64,000 nucleotides of DNA from Octopus sinensis. Its lineage: Eukaryota. The position numbers were made by a program, and so were the translations under genes. The DNA lies in assembly GCF_006345805.1 (NCBI RefSeq), contig NC_043002.1:109182001-109246000 (forward strand). Reading direction: 5' to 3'. Under the pieces are notes generated by a model that did no database searches, was not told the origin of the DNA, and saw nothing but the letters and a program-made list of their open reading frames with translations. Below, one piece after another: positions 26,817-38,902 of the stretch (its first letter is position 1; every line of letters begins with the position of its first letter).

Positions 26817-27645
26817 TATGAGAAAAAATGAGTTCAAAAAGAACAATTCAAACTTTTTGGGTGATACAAAAAGAGAGAAAAAATGATTTCTAATAAAGAT
26901 TCATCATATTCATAAAAATCAGAGAGAGCAAGTAATAAGAATATGAAAATAATATTTGAGGAGTTTCATGCACCTTGACTCTCTTAAATGTAGAGAAAAG
27001 CAGTGAAGCCATAGAGACAGGGAATGGAAAGCCTCAAACATTTACAATGACAATTAGACTGAAATACAATCCATCTTTTCTAGATTCTTTACTTTTAACA
27101 ATGAAGATGAGGGAAAGACATTTAGTAATGAATAGAGGGAAAGTCTTTCAAGTGTTAATGTTTTCAGTCTGGGAGTTCTAGAAGCATCGACCGTTAGTTC
27201 TCTCTTCTCTCCTCCACACCTTCTTTGATAGTTCTTTAGGTCTTTTAGTTGGGCAGAAAGACCATCTTTTTTTCATTTTCAGCTACGTTTAACATTTTCT
27301 CTAGAAACTACAAACTAGCCCTTTCAATGTGGTATAGCTGTGAAGCATGTCTGTCATGCAAAGCGTGAAATTAATACTGAACTGCTGTTGCTAGTGTTTT
27401 GTATCGTATTGTTCTTTTTCAACGGACTGAGCTCTTCTAATATGCTAAAATTAACCATTCTGGATGTTTCAAATTTCCACTGCTTAAGTACCTAAGTGAA
27501 AACTGACTTTCTCTTACGCATCATCCCTTCTCTCCCTTGATGCAAACTTTTCTTATTAATCTCACCTTTATCGATATTTTTCTATTTCTTTTGGTCATTT
27601 GACTGCGGCCATGCTGGATCACGGTCTTTAGCCAAACAAATCGAC

Positions 27646-29147
27646 GGTTAAACTAAAGCGTTACACCATTCAAAGAAACAAAAAAAAAATGTGTGTAATA
27701 TGTGTAAAACAACTTCCTCTGAACGAATATGAAAAAAAAAATGCGCGCACGCGAAAGGGGAGTGGGGGAGAGGCCTCGGAAAATTCACATCGGGAATTTC
27801 CGAAAGCGTCTGAGGGGCTGACCCGGGCACCAAAACAAAAAAAAATAGTGTAATATATGTAAAACAACTTGCTCTAAACGAATATGACAAAAAAATGCGC
27901 ACTCGCGAAAGAGGGGTGGGGGAGTACATCGGGAATTTCCGAAAGCGTCTAACCCGGGCACAAAAACAAAAACAAAAATAGCGTAATAAGTGTAAAACAA
28001 CTTGCTCTAAACGAATATTAAAAAAATGCGCGCTCGCGAAAGGGGGGGGGGGAGAGGCTTCGGAAATTTCACATCTTCAGTCCACGGTCTTTAAACTAAG
28101 AAAAAATAGTGTAATTGGTGTAAAACTACTTGTTCTAAACGAATATCAAGAACACACACTCACACATGAATCATAAACTCCGTATTTTTGTACATATTTC
28201 GCAAAAAAAAAAAAAAAAAAAAGAGAAGAAATTCTGGAAAAAGGGAAGAAATGTTGGATCTCCGCCATGTGAATCAAAATACGTGTCAGAAACATCTTGA
28301 AATACTACAGAAATTATGTTACGAAAATGATAATGTATACATACCTCTTTGAGTGGTCCATCGACAGTGATGATAAGAAATGAGATGGGTTGGAGGAAAA
28401 AATTATCTCGGACCAGGATAAAGACTTGCTGCTGCCAATAAGAATACGTGTATTCTCTTGGCAGCAGGTTAATGCTGTCCATAAATAGGAACTTGGCGAG
28501 GTATTGTTTTAAGTAACAGGCACGAATGCCTGGGCGAACAACCGATCTCTTAACTGACCCCCACAATCTCTCTATCGTCTGTGTGTGCACCGACGCGTTT
28601 GTCGGATCAACAAAGTTTTCACTGTGGTTGATGCGGAAGTGGGTATACCCGAGATTTCCAAGAGAGTTATACGCAGCCCAAGAATCACTATATACTACGG
28701 ACCCTTGGCGTATATATCGGGTAATTAAGGGGATCAGTGTGGTGGCATCTCGCCTTTCTTCTTCACCACACTCAGATGAAAGAGGTATCAAATTTTTTTT
28801 TTTGCCTACTCGCTCTATCCCACCGAAACGCCAGATAGTTTTTGTGAGTCTTCCACGATTGTATTTTCTTCTTGCAATAACTGTTTCATCATCTCTACTT
28901 CAACTCCTGGTCCACCGATTGGTCCTGGTAATTCTCTACCCAATGCTGACAACCTCGGAGCAGAAGGATCGCCAATCAATTGAGGTCGGATACGAAATGT
29001 TTAAATTTTCCATGACTAATGCATGCGACCAACAGTCTGTAAGGAAGTAATTTACAAATAACAGGACTTTACAGGGTGGTATCTGACTCCGCTCCAAAAA
29101 AGTGTTGCTGTATAGGAATATATAATATCCACATTGCATTGGCCTTT
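27646..29147 (-). mobile_element. Merlin (IS1595/ISXO2-like DDE) transposon relic, one end plus frameshifted transposase
   Basis: DWRSFCSEV, PIGGPGVEVE.DET..ARRKYNRGR, VYSDSWAAY, HSENFVDP, HTQTIERLW; GG-starting terminus at 27646. Confidence 0.85.
27685..28150. repeat. About 3.4 tandem copies of a 135-150 bp unit (subterminal in the Merlin relic)
   Basis: Recurrent GTAAAACAACTT.CTCT.AACGAATAT...GCGAAAGGGG...CGGAAA.TTCAC. Confidence 0.85.
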
Positions 29148-29472
29148 GCCAGTCATGCGAACCTTGATGAATTGGAAGGATGACCACTTCAAGTATCAGC
29201 TACAAATCCTGTAGTCATGAATTTTGCATGGCAATTCTTGATTATCTTTGCATCAACTTGAGCATGTCTTTCTCTAATGGTCCTTCACCATCTTTGCACT
29301 TGAACAACTGATCTCCAAACTTCGTAACGTGCAGCTAGCTGAGCACGCTCCTGCACAGTAAAACATCCAGCCACGTTTGTAGGGCTTCTAAATTTCAAAC
29401 AAAATAATCAATCTGAAAAAAAAACAACATGGAATCAATTTCCATACATTAAAGAACATACACAACAAATTT
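29148..29472 (-). mobile_element. Inverted near-identical copy of part of the mariner at 25878-26201
   Basis: About 3 differences over about 320 bp, including the same deletion junction and the same TGA stop. Confidence 0.9.
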
Positions 29473-29808
29473 TGGTCATTTGACTGCGGCCATGCTGGAT
29501 CACGGTCTTTAGTCAAACAAATCAACCACAGGATTTATTCATTGTAAGCTTCGTACTTATTCTATCGAGCTTATTTGCCGAACCGCTAGTTTATGGGTAC
29601 GTAAACACAGCAGCATCGTTTGTCAAGCGAAGGGGAGGGGAACAAACACACACATATACGACGGGCTTCTTTAAGTTTCCGTCTACCAAATTCACTCGCA
29701 AGGCTTTGGTCGGCCCGAGGCCATAGTAGAAGACACTTGCCAGAGGTGCCACGCAGTGGGACTGAACCCGGACCCATATGGTTTACCACACAGCCACTCC
29801 TGCGCCTA
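29470..29808 (-). mobile_element. SINE family B (orthologous to 51351-51690)
   Basis: Shares diagnostic deletions and variants with the 51.4-kb copy. Confidence 0.85.
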
Positions 29809-30399
29809 TGTTTACAATATTACCCAGAAACGAAGTCGAAAACAAAAAAACAGTGAAGTGGGTGTAAAAAAAAATCTGTAGAAAACCAATATTGAACTAG
29901 AAATGCACAGAAAGCAACGGGTGGGTGAGAAGAGAACTTTGGAAAATTCACAAGATCCTAGTTTTCCTCTCATACCTTATTACAATCTGCAATCTGGGAT
30001 TAACATATCCAGTGAGTTTTAAGATGTATGTAACAGAAATTTTGTTTTAATATTATACTTTCACTATTTCACACACACAAACAATAACGTGGTATTTGTA
30101 TATTCCCTTCTCTCTCCTGCCCAGACTTCGTTACCAATAATTTTTATTACTTCAGCATTTTCACTTATTATTCTTTACAAACTTATTTGAATTTTCAATC
30201 TAAAACCTGTTAATTCTTTCAATACTCTCTGGACACCAGAAAGTCTCTAATGTTTACCAGCAAATGTGAACCTGGACACACAACCATCACACCTAGCCAC
30301 GTGTTTAAGAGACTAGCCGACATTACACAAAATCAGTAACAGCAATTTACAGAAGACAGGTTAGTTAATTGGACTGACAGTTAATTAACTGAAAAACTT

Positions 30400-30600
30400 T
30401 GATATCAACCCAGGATGGGAAATAATTATCTATATTAAACACATGCAAAACAATAGATAAACAAACATATATATATATTGCTGCTCGTGAATAACTATAA
30501 CTTGTTAACATCAAACATAAACATCTGCTAATTAATCATAACTCCCGCTATGACGACTCGACTTCCGTAAATGTTTTGTGAGAAACTTAGAATGCTGTGT
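30400..30600 (-). promoter_or_regulatory. Promoter/non-coding exon 1 homologue of ZNF-1 (partly decayed)
   Basis: CATTTACGGAAGT..TCGTCATAGCGGGAG and downstream TTTCCCATCC homologous to 50609-50760 and 57961-58120. Confidence 0.6.
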
Positions 30601-30733
30601 AGCAAGGAAATTGTAAACGGCGAGAATATGACGTAATAGTCATGTTGTCCGAACGAGTATAATTGTTAGTTTCCCATTGGTTAAAATTACTGCCCATATT
30701 TGAATTCTAAACTTTCGTCAAAGAGAAATCTTT

Positions 30734-31500
30734 GGATCTTTTCCTTTTGAACGGCACTTTGTAACATAATTTCTAGGTAACTAAAAAGTTTTAAACTTCG
30801 TATACTGGTAGAATGTGTTTATAAAACATCATTTTCTCTTGGCTTTATTGAGAAAATTCTATAAGTTGTAACATATTTCGTCTTTAATTTCAAGCATTTC
30901 GGCAATTTTAACCAATCACTGATGTCCACTTAGGTAAATAGCATTCTGTGCATAACGAATATGTCCCTCGTTTAAGAAACAGATTAGGTTTATTTACATT
31001 TGCGAAGAAAAAAAGATACCCTTCCCCAACCCCTAACCTTAAATCTAAAATAGATTGAAATGCAATAGATCGATACTAGGGCCATAATTATGGGTGACAT
31101 TTTCATTTGACACCGCTAGAAAAAAATCCCATTTTCCGTAGCAGTGTCGTATGAAATTGTCACCCATAATTATAACCCTAGTATCGATCTATTGCATTTC
31201 AATCTATTTTAGATTTAGGGTTAGGGGTTGGGGAAGGGTATTTTTTACTTCGCAAATGTAAATAAACCCAATCCGTTTCTTAAACGAGGGACATATTCAT
31301 TATGTTATTTACCTAAATGGATGTCAGCGACTGGTTAAAATTGCCGAAATGCTCAAAATTAAAGATGAAATATGTTACAACATATAGAATTTTCTCAATA
31401 AAGCCAAGAAAAAATGATGTTTTATAAACACATTCTACCAGTATATGAAGTTTAAAACTTTTTAGTTACCTAGAAAGTGCTGTTCAAAAGGAAAAGATCC
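30734..31500. mobile_element. Fold-back dimer of a Merlin-type MITE
   Basis: GGATCTTTTCC...GGAAAAGATCC termini, exact 8-bp TSD AAATCTTT. Confidence 0.85.
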
Positions 31501-31520
31501 AAATCTTTCACGAAATATGG

Positions 31521-31921
31521 GGAGCTTTTCGGTTTGAACGGCAGTTTTTTCTAGTGGTGCCATATGAAATTGTCACCCATAATTATGACCCTAGTATCGA
31601 TCTATTGCATTTCAATCTGTTTTAGGGTTAGGGGTGGGGAAAGGGTATCTTTTTTTCTTCAAAAATGTAAATAAACACAATCTGTTTCTTAAACGAAGGA
31701 CATATTCATACGGCACAGAATGTTTTCACCTCAATAGACGTCATTGATTGGTTGAAATTGCAGAAAAACAACAACAAATATTTTACAAAATATAGAATTT
31801 TCTCAATAAAGCCAAGAGAAAAAGATGTTTTATAAGCACATTCTACCAGTATACGAAGTTTAAAAGTGTTTAGTTATGTGGAAATTATTTTTAAAAATTG
31901 CCGGTCAAACCGAAAAGATTC
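31521..31921. mobile_element. Monomer of the same MITE family
   Basis: TIRs GGA.CTTTTCGGTTTGAACGG / CCG.TCAAACCGAAAAGAT.C; TSD not evident. Confidence 0.8.
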
Positions 31922-32746
31922 AATTCATGTATGAGCAGTTATAAAAACCCTAATTTTGGGGATATTAATCACTGAATTGTTGTGTAAACTCTAGTAGTTG
32001 GGTATGAAAGAATTACCGTAAATCCTCGAGTATAGTCCGCCCTTGAGTATAACACGCAGGGGATTTTTAGTGGGCTGTACCTCTGAAAAACCTAAACCTT
32101 GTGTATAATACGCAACTCTTCTCTAACTTGAGTCAAGGAGGTCTATATACCGTCCTTGGTTTGTAAAAATGTATATGATAACGTCCTTTATTATTATTGT
32201 ATATATAACATAATGCAAACGTGTAGCTTTTTTGTACATTTTGTTTGCAGAAAATAAAGAAATAACAGTAATAACGTTTAATAAATATTCTAGTATTTTT
32301 ACTTATCATACCATGAGTTAGTTGGCCTTATCTATCTTCTTCATCCTTTCCATGCTATTCCAGGATTTACTTGTGTAAAGGGGACACATCCCAATTTGCA
32401 TCATTCTCTATGATGGCCTTGTATTTAGTCCTGACTCCTTTGTACATTTTGATACTATCCCTTTGACAGAAGCCAGACAACTGCATGCAGTGGTTGGAGT
32501 GTTCTATGTCTCCCTATTTCTGTTGTGTTGCTAGTAGTAATAACAAGTTTTCTCACTCTAACCATATTGTATGATACATGCGACCTAACAAGTAACATTT
32601 ACTACAATTTACTAAAAGAAAAATTTTCTACATTTTCCAAAGAATACATAAAACACATTATAAACATTTATAGTAATTTAATAACATAAATTCTTTAATA
32701 CAAATATCACAACAAAATGGTTTTATAATATGCTTTCCTACAAAAG

Positions 32747-34702
32747 TCAGTGGTAAGGTTTATCTCCATCATTAAAAGTACATTTATGAGAAGATATATA
32801 ATCACTACGATGAAATGATTTCCCACAAATAACACAGCTGTATGGTTTTTCCCCAGTATGGGTACGATTATGCCTTATTAAACACCTCAAGTTAGAAAAT
32901 GCTTTGCCACAGATTTCACAGTAATGTGATTTCTCTCCAGTGTGTGTATGTATATGTCCTTTTAAGCTGCCACTATTGGAAAATTCCTTGCCACAAACAT
33001 CACAGTGATATGGTTTTTCTCCAGTATGAGTGCGTTTATGAACTAATAGGACAGATTTTTCAGAAAATGCTTTGCCACAGATTTCACAGTAGTGTGGCTT
33101 TTCCCCAGTATGAATACGTGTATGTTCTGTTAAGCTGCTCTTATGTGAAAATTCTTTCCCACATATTAGACAGTGATATGGTTTCTCTCCTGTGTGAATA
33201 CGTCTGTGTCTTTTTAAAGTCCCATTTTGAGAAAATGCTTTGCCACAGATTTCACAGTGATGTGGTTTTTCTCCAGTATGAATACGATTGTGTTTCTTTA
33301 AGCTGCACCTATCAGAAAAGTCTTTTCCACAAACTTCACAGTGATATGGTTTCTCTCCTGTGTGAATACGTTTGTGTAATGTTAAGACATATTTTTCAGG
33401 AAATGATTTCCCACAGATTTCACAGCGGTGTCGTTTTTCCCCTGTGTGAGTACGTTTATGCCTTATTAAGGTACCACTACTTGTAAATCCTTTCCCACAT
33501 ACTTCACAAGCATATGGCTTCTCTCCAGTGTGAACTCGTTTGTGGACTGTTAAAGACTCTTTCACAGAAAATGTTTTATCACAGATTTCACAGTGGTAAG
33601 GTTTTGAGTGCACGCCTCTGTGTTTTTCACAATCACTCACATTAGAAAAAGCTTTCCCACAGTCATCACACCTGTATGGCTTCTCTCCAGTGTGAGTACG
33701 TTTATGTCTTGATAAATTACCAAGTCGAGAAAATGGCTTGCCACAGATTTCACAATGGTATCGCTTTTCTCCAGTGTGAATAAGTTGATGACTTCTCACA
33801 TTATGAAACTGTGAAAATGCTTTGCCACAGATTTCACAGTGATGTGGTTTTTCTCCAGTATGAATACGATTGTGTTTCTTTAAGCTGCACCTATCAGAAA
33901 AGTCTTTTCCACAAACTTCACAGTGATATGGTTTCTCTCCTGTGTGAATACGTTTGTGTAATGTTAAGACATATTTTTCAGGAAATGATTTCCCACAGAT
34001 TTCACAGCGGTGTCGTTTTTCCCCTGTGTGAGTACGTTTATGCCTTATTAAGGTACCACTACTTGTAAATCCTTTCCCACATACTTCACAAGCATATGGC
34101 TTCTCTCCAGTGTGAACTCGTTTGTGGACTGTTAAAGACTCTTTCACAGAAAATGTTTTATCACAGATTTCACAGTGGTAAGGTTTTGAGTGCACGCCTC
34201 TGTGTTTTTCACAATCACTCACATTAGAAAAAGCTTTCCCACAGTCATCACACCTGTATGGCTTCTCTCCAGTGTGAGTACGTTTATGTCTTGATAAATT
34301 ACCAAGTCGAGAAAATGGCTTGCCACAGATTTCACAATGGTATCGTTTTTCTCCAGTGTGAATAAGTTGATGACTTCTCACATTATGAAACTGTGAAAAT
34401 GCTTTGCCACAGATTTCACAGTTGTACGGTTTCTCCCCTGTGTGTGTACGTTTGTGAATCTTTATATAACCTTTATCAGAAAATGATTTTCCACATATTT
34501 CACAGTGAAATGGTTTCTCTCCTGTATGTGTACGTTTGTGTTCTGTTAAATAAGCTTTTACAGAGAATGCCTTCTCACATACTTCACAGTGGTATGGCTT
34601 TTCCCCAGTATGAGTGCGCCTATGAATAGCTAAATTACATTTTGTAGTAAGTACTTTACCACAAATGCCACATTTGTAACGTTTGCTCCCTTTCTGATAC
34701 AT
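32747..34702 (-). CDS. C2H2 zinc-finger gene ZNF-2: 651 aa, 22 complete fingers plus 1 degenerate
   Basis: Intact ORF, finger-only; acceptor tttcag at 34828; contains a 582-bp tandem duplication. Confidence 0.95.
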   Translation of the reverse strand: MYQKGSKRYKCGICGKVLTTKCNLAIHRRTHTGEKPYHCEVCEKAFSVKAYLTEHKRTHTGEKPFHCEICGKSFSDKGYIKIHKRTHTGEKPYNCEICGKAFSQFHNVRSHQLIHTGEKRYHCEICGKPFSRLGNLSRHKRTHTGEKPYRCDDCGKAFSNVSDCEKHRGVHSKPYHCEICDKTFSVKESLTVHKRVHTGEKPYACEVCGKGFTSSGTLIRHKRTHTGEKRHRCEICGKSFPEKYVLTLHKRIHTGEKPYHCEVCGKDFSDRCSLKKHNRIHTGEKPHHCEICGKAFSQFHNVRSHQLIHTGEKRYHCEICGKPFSRLGNLSRHKRTHTGEKPYRCDDCGKAFSNVSDCEKHRGVHSKPYHCEICDKTFSVKESLTVHKRVHTGEKPYACEVCGKGFTSSGTLIRHKRTHTGEKRHRCEICGKSFPEKYVLTLHKRIHTGEKPYHCEVCGKDFSDRCSLKKHNRIHTGEKPHHCEICGKAFSQNGTLKRHRRIHTGEKPYHCLICGKEFSHKSSLTEHTRIHTGEKPHYCEICGKAFSEKSVLLVHKRTHTGEKPYHCDVCGKEFSNSGSLKGHIHTHTGEKSHYCEICGKAFSNLRCLIRHNRTHTGEKPYSCVICGKSFHRSDYISSHKCTFNDGDKPYH

Positions 34703-35622
34703 TCTCTCAGTTAAATTTTACAGTTTTCTTTCACTCTATTAAGATATTAGTTGGTAGATAAATCTCTATCCCAGCACTGCTGACTTGCAGTATCCTCTGC
34801 AGAAATTCTTTCATCTGGAAATCTGTCCTGAAAGAAAAACAAACAAATAAATATTAGATACTAATGACCAAATATTTGTGAAATAACTACTTGTGTAGTG
34901 TGTGATTGACTATTCTCAACAAAATCTCATAAAGTTTTCATGATCAATACTCAGTGGATCACACCTCTCATCTATATTGTCTTCTGCCTATTTTGCTATG
35001 GTCTACCCCCGTATCTATGTTTATGTTCCTTCAACCCTTTTGATACCAACCTGGCTGAGACTGCCTCTGGCTCTGTAGTAGAAAAAATGTCTTATATTGA
35101 AAATTAATAGAAAGAAACAGAGCATCTCTACAGAAATATGGTTAAAACATTTCTAGAAAATGTCTCCCAACAGATTTCACAGCAGAGTGATTGTAGCTGT
35201 CTATGAGTGTGGTTGTATTTTATTCAACAAGTACTAATTGAAAATTCTTTCCCATGTATTTCAAAGTGCAGTGCTTTTTCATTCTGGCAGTCCGTTTGTA
35301 TCTTATTAAACTAAGAAGCTAATTCAGATTTAAATAAATAGAAATTTAATACAAACTGCAACAGCATTGTAAAACAAAATGACAACAACTGTGTTTGCAT
35401 TATCAGCTTTCAATATTTTTAGTTGTTTTAAGAACTGAATTACATAAACCTGCATCAGCCTGAAATTTATTTCCTCAGTTTTTAGATGCACAAATCACAA
35501 AAACCTATTTTGCTAGCATTAGCATTGACTTCAGTATATTGATGAATGAAGGACATGGTTGGAAGTAGATCTATGATGGGACATGCCCATACAATGATTT
35601 CAACTCAATACGGCTTACTTAA

Positions 35623-35825
35623 CCCTTTCGATACCAACCCAGCTGAAACCACCTCTGGCTCTGTAGTACAAATCTGTTGTTTTCATAAGTTATAAATTAA
35701 AATCTTCCCCCAAACCTTAGTCACAATTTAATGATAACCAAGGTATTTTACTAAACTCTTTGTTTTATCTAAAATGAATTGAAAGAAACACAGAGCATCT
35801 CAAAATATTTGCAGTAACGAAAGGG
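35623..35825. mobile_element. piggyBac-type MITE, family 2
   Basis: TTAA|CCCTTTCG...CGAAAGGG|TTAA; decayed partial relative at about 35030-35147. Confidence 0.8.
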
Positions 35826-37269
35826 TTAATATTTAATATTTGCTAATTATAGTGTGGGCATTAGCCCATGATTATGCCTGTAACAAGTTAACTATCATTT
35901 ATTTGTTTCAGTAATAAGACTGCAGCCATGATGGGGCACTGGCTTGAACAGTTGAAACGAACAAGTCAAAGCCAGCACTTGGTTTTTTTAAGTCCTGTAC
36001 ATATTATTCTATCGGTCTTTCTCATCAAACCGTGAAGTTAGAGGAATGTAAACAATGCAACACTGGTTTCAAGTTCCATACACGACAGGCTTCCACACAG
36101 TTTCCATTTACAAAATCTATTCACAAAGCATTGGTCAGTCCAGAACAATAATAGAAGACACTTGCTTAAAGTGCTTTGCAATGGGACTGAACCCAAAACC
36201 ATGTGGTTGCTAAGTGAGTTTGCTAACCACAGAGCTATGACTGTATATATATATATATTCTGAGCAATGTTCTCTCTAATTTTTTGATGTATGTCTGCAC
36301 AGAAATTTGTATTGAAGCTTTGTTTTTCTTTACAAAGTAAGTACACCTCCATGCAAGTAACCATCACCCAAATGCCATCTTGCTAACCTAAGAAAATGCA
36401 GTGCTATTATAGTATGATATCTACATTGCTATTTGCAACCTAGAGTAAATAATAATGTCCTAACCCTAACAAACCACCTACTTAAGGCCTTCAGCAATTA
36501 ACCCATTCATGCCAAGCGTCCGTTTAAACTGATAATTTATAAGGGTGTAAAACAAATACTTGATACAAATTGTGATTTGTGTATGACTTGTATCAAAGAA
36601 TGAAACATGTTCTTAATGCATATGCAGTCTGTATCAAACAGATTTCAATGAAATTTTTTTCAGGCGACTTTCCGTGCTTGAGGAGACATATTGAGTCAAG
36701 TAAAATCAAAATCATAATCAAATCAAATTAAATCACAATTAAATGGAATTGTAGTTGTGGCCGATGCCCGTGCTGCCTGCCTGGCTTCTGTACTGGTGGC
36801 ACGCAATAAGCACCATGCATGCGTGGGTTGTTGCCAGTGCCACTTGACTTGCTCCCTGTTCCGGTGGCATGTAGAAAGCAACATCTGAACATGGTCGACG
36901 CCAGCTTCCCCTCCCCAACTGGCTCCTGTGCCAGTAGCATGTAAAAAGCACCACCGAACATGGCCAATACCAGTGCCAGTGCTGCCTAACTGACTCCCAT
37001 GCTGGTGACACCTAAAAAGCATCCACTACACTCTCAGAGTGGTTGGCATTAGGAAGGGCATCCAGCTGTAGAAACACTACCAAATCTGATTAGAGCCTAG
37101 TGCGGCCTCCTGGCTTGCCAGTCCCCAGTTAAACCATCCAACCCATGCTAGAATAGAAAACGGATGTTAAATGATGATGATGATGATTTAGGTCAAAATA
37201 AAAGTATCTGTGAATTTTCAGGCAATTTCATTCACTAGAATAATTTCGGCACAAATGGGTTATATCCAG

Positions 37270-37825
37270 CCCATTTAGTTGTTCACACTAGTATCACGCT
37301 GGCTAGAGACTTTTGCAAGATAATCTCAAATGGAAATGAAACATTATCCTTTTTGAGAGATCACAATCTTATTAACCATTTACAAAACGCTCAGGAAAAA
37401 CGATGACCTGTTCACTGCATTTTTAAATGATATCAGATCAGTTTACAAACATTAAAATCAATATTTGATGATTTAAAAAAATTTTGTATAAGATGTAAAT
37501 GATTTTTAATAAATCTTATACCATAAACTCTTTATTATGCTCTTTTCCTTTTGCAAAATAAATGTTTAATGATTTTTAACATATTTCATACTACTAACAG
37601 TTGGTAGCTGTCATGCTATAGTAGAAAATGGATGGTAGATTTTAATGTTTGTAAACTGATCTGATATCATTTAAAATAGTAGTACACAGGTCATCATTTA
37701 GCCTGAGCATTTTCTACCTGGTCAATAAGATTGTGATCTCTCGAAAAGGACACTGCTTCATCTTCGCTTGAGATTATTTTGTAAAAGTCTCTGGCCAGCA
37801 TGGTGCTTGTGTAGCACTGAAAATG
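37270..37825. repeat. Degenerate inverted repeat (about 190-bp arms), MITE-like
   Basis: TTTAAATGATATCAGATCAGTTTACAAACATTAAAATC mirrored, plus flanking arm similarity. Confidence 0.7.
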
Positions 37826-38902
37826 CTCATAAAGCAATGAGATGACAGAAAGCATGTTGGACTCAGTAGCATTTCTTCTTGCTCTTTATATTCTGAGTTC
37901 AAATTCCACCAAGATCAACTTTGCCTTTCATCTTTTCTTCATTACCACCATCATTTAATGTCTGTTTCCCAAGCTGGCAGGGGCTGGATGGCTTGACAGG
38001 AACTGGCAAAGCCAGAGGTCATACCAGGTTGCATAGTCTATTTTGGCTTGGTTTCTATGGCCGGATGCCCTTTCATGGTCCAGAAAACAAATTACCAATC
38101 AGTACATTATTTATTTTATATTGCAGTGTCAGGAAAGCTAGGGAATCAATAACTGAAGATAAAGTGGGTTTAAAGGAATAGATAAAAGTTTTGATGATAA
38201 ATTAACATCTTGAGACATTGCTAAAGTATTTGATAGAGTTTTAAAAAAATAAAATTGATTAAAAATCCTTGGTTGCAATATTATTTTAATAACAGATCTC
38301 GAGTGCTTTGTCTAAATAATGTTTCTTGTTACACCATTTCTAGATGTGCAGAGTAGTTTTATAGGTCCTATTCTATTTTCAAACTACAAAAATTCAAAAC
38401 TAATGGTATATATGCTGATGATACCAAATAGTTTTTGTCTAATCTCAAAAATATCGAAATTTCCATTTGATGCACAAAAAATCTATGAATCCAGTAAGAA
38501 AACATGTGAGAAAGGTTTTATAATGTCTTTAGCGCATAATTATTGAAAATTATTGACAAATTGCTGCACATAATTCTTATTTCATTACTGTAAGTTGAAA
38601 ATTCCTTTCTCTAATACTGCATTTTTTCCCCCATAACTATGTTTCACTTTTGTTGTATCAAGTCATAGAAAGTCTTAATCAAACATTGTGTTCACATAAT
38701 TCTTTACATTCAAAACCATCATTTTGTCTCTTGCTGGTGTGGCTCCTGGACTTGCCTGTTCCTGACAAACCGTTCAACCCCTGCCAGCATGGAAATTGGA
38801 CGTTAAATGATGATGATGATATCTTAATGGACATTATTCAATTTAGCTTCTCTAAAATGTAACATGTTTCAGTGTCAGAACTTTAATCAATTTTTTGTCC
38901 TG

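Noticed and set aside
27685-28150. Repeat array resembling CRISPR
   Set aside because: Units are 135-150 bp, degenerate, with no unique spacers and no cas genes; eukaryotic TE context
29620-29856. ORFs such as MSSEGEG...RLPNSL (also 51313, 45701, 18047, 11290)
   Set aside because: Chance frames within SINE family B
31025-31045. CCCTAA telomere-like motifs (also about 31215, 31625, 43105)
   Set aside because: Only 1-2 units, an internal part of the MITE family
32899-34629. Plus-strand ORFs with MLCHRFHS repeats (also 20783, 53006, 53648, 63011-63976)
   Set aside because: Antisense shadows of the C2H2 repeat codons
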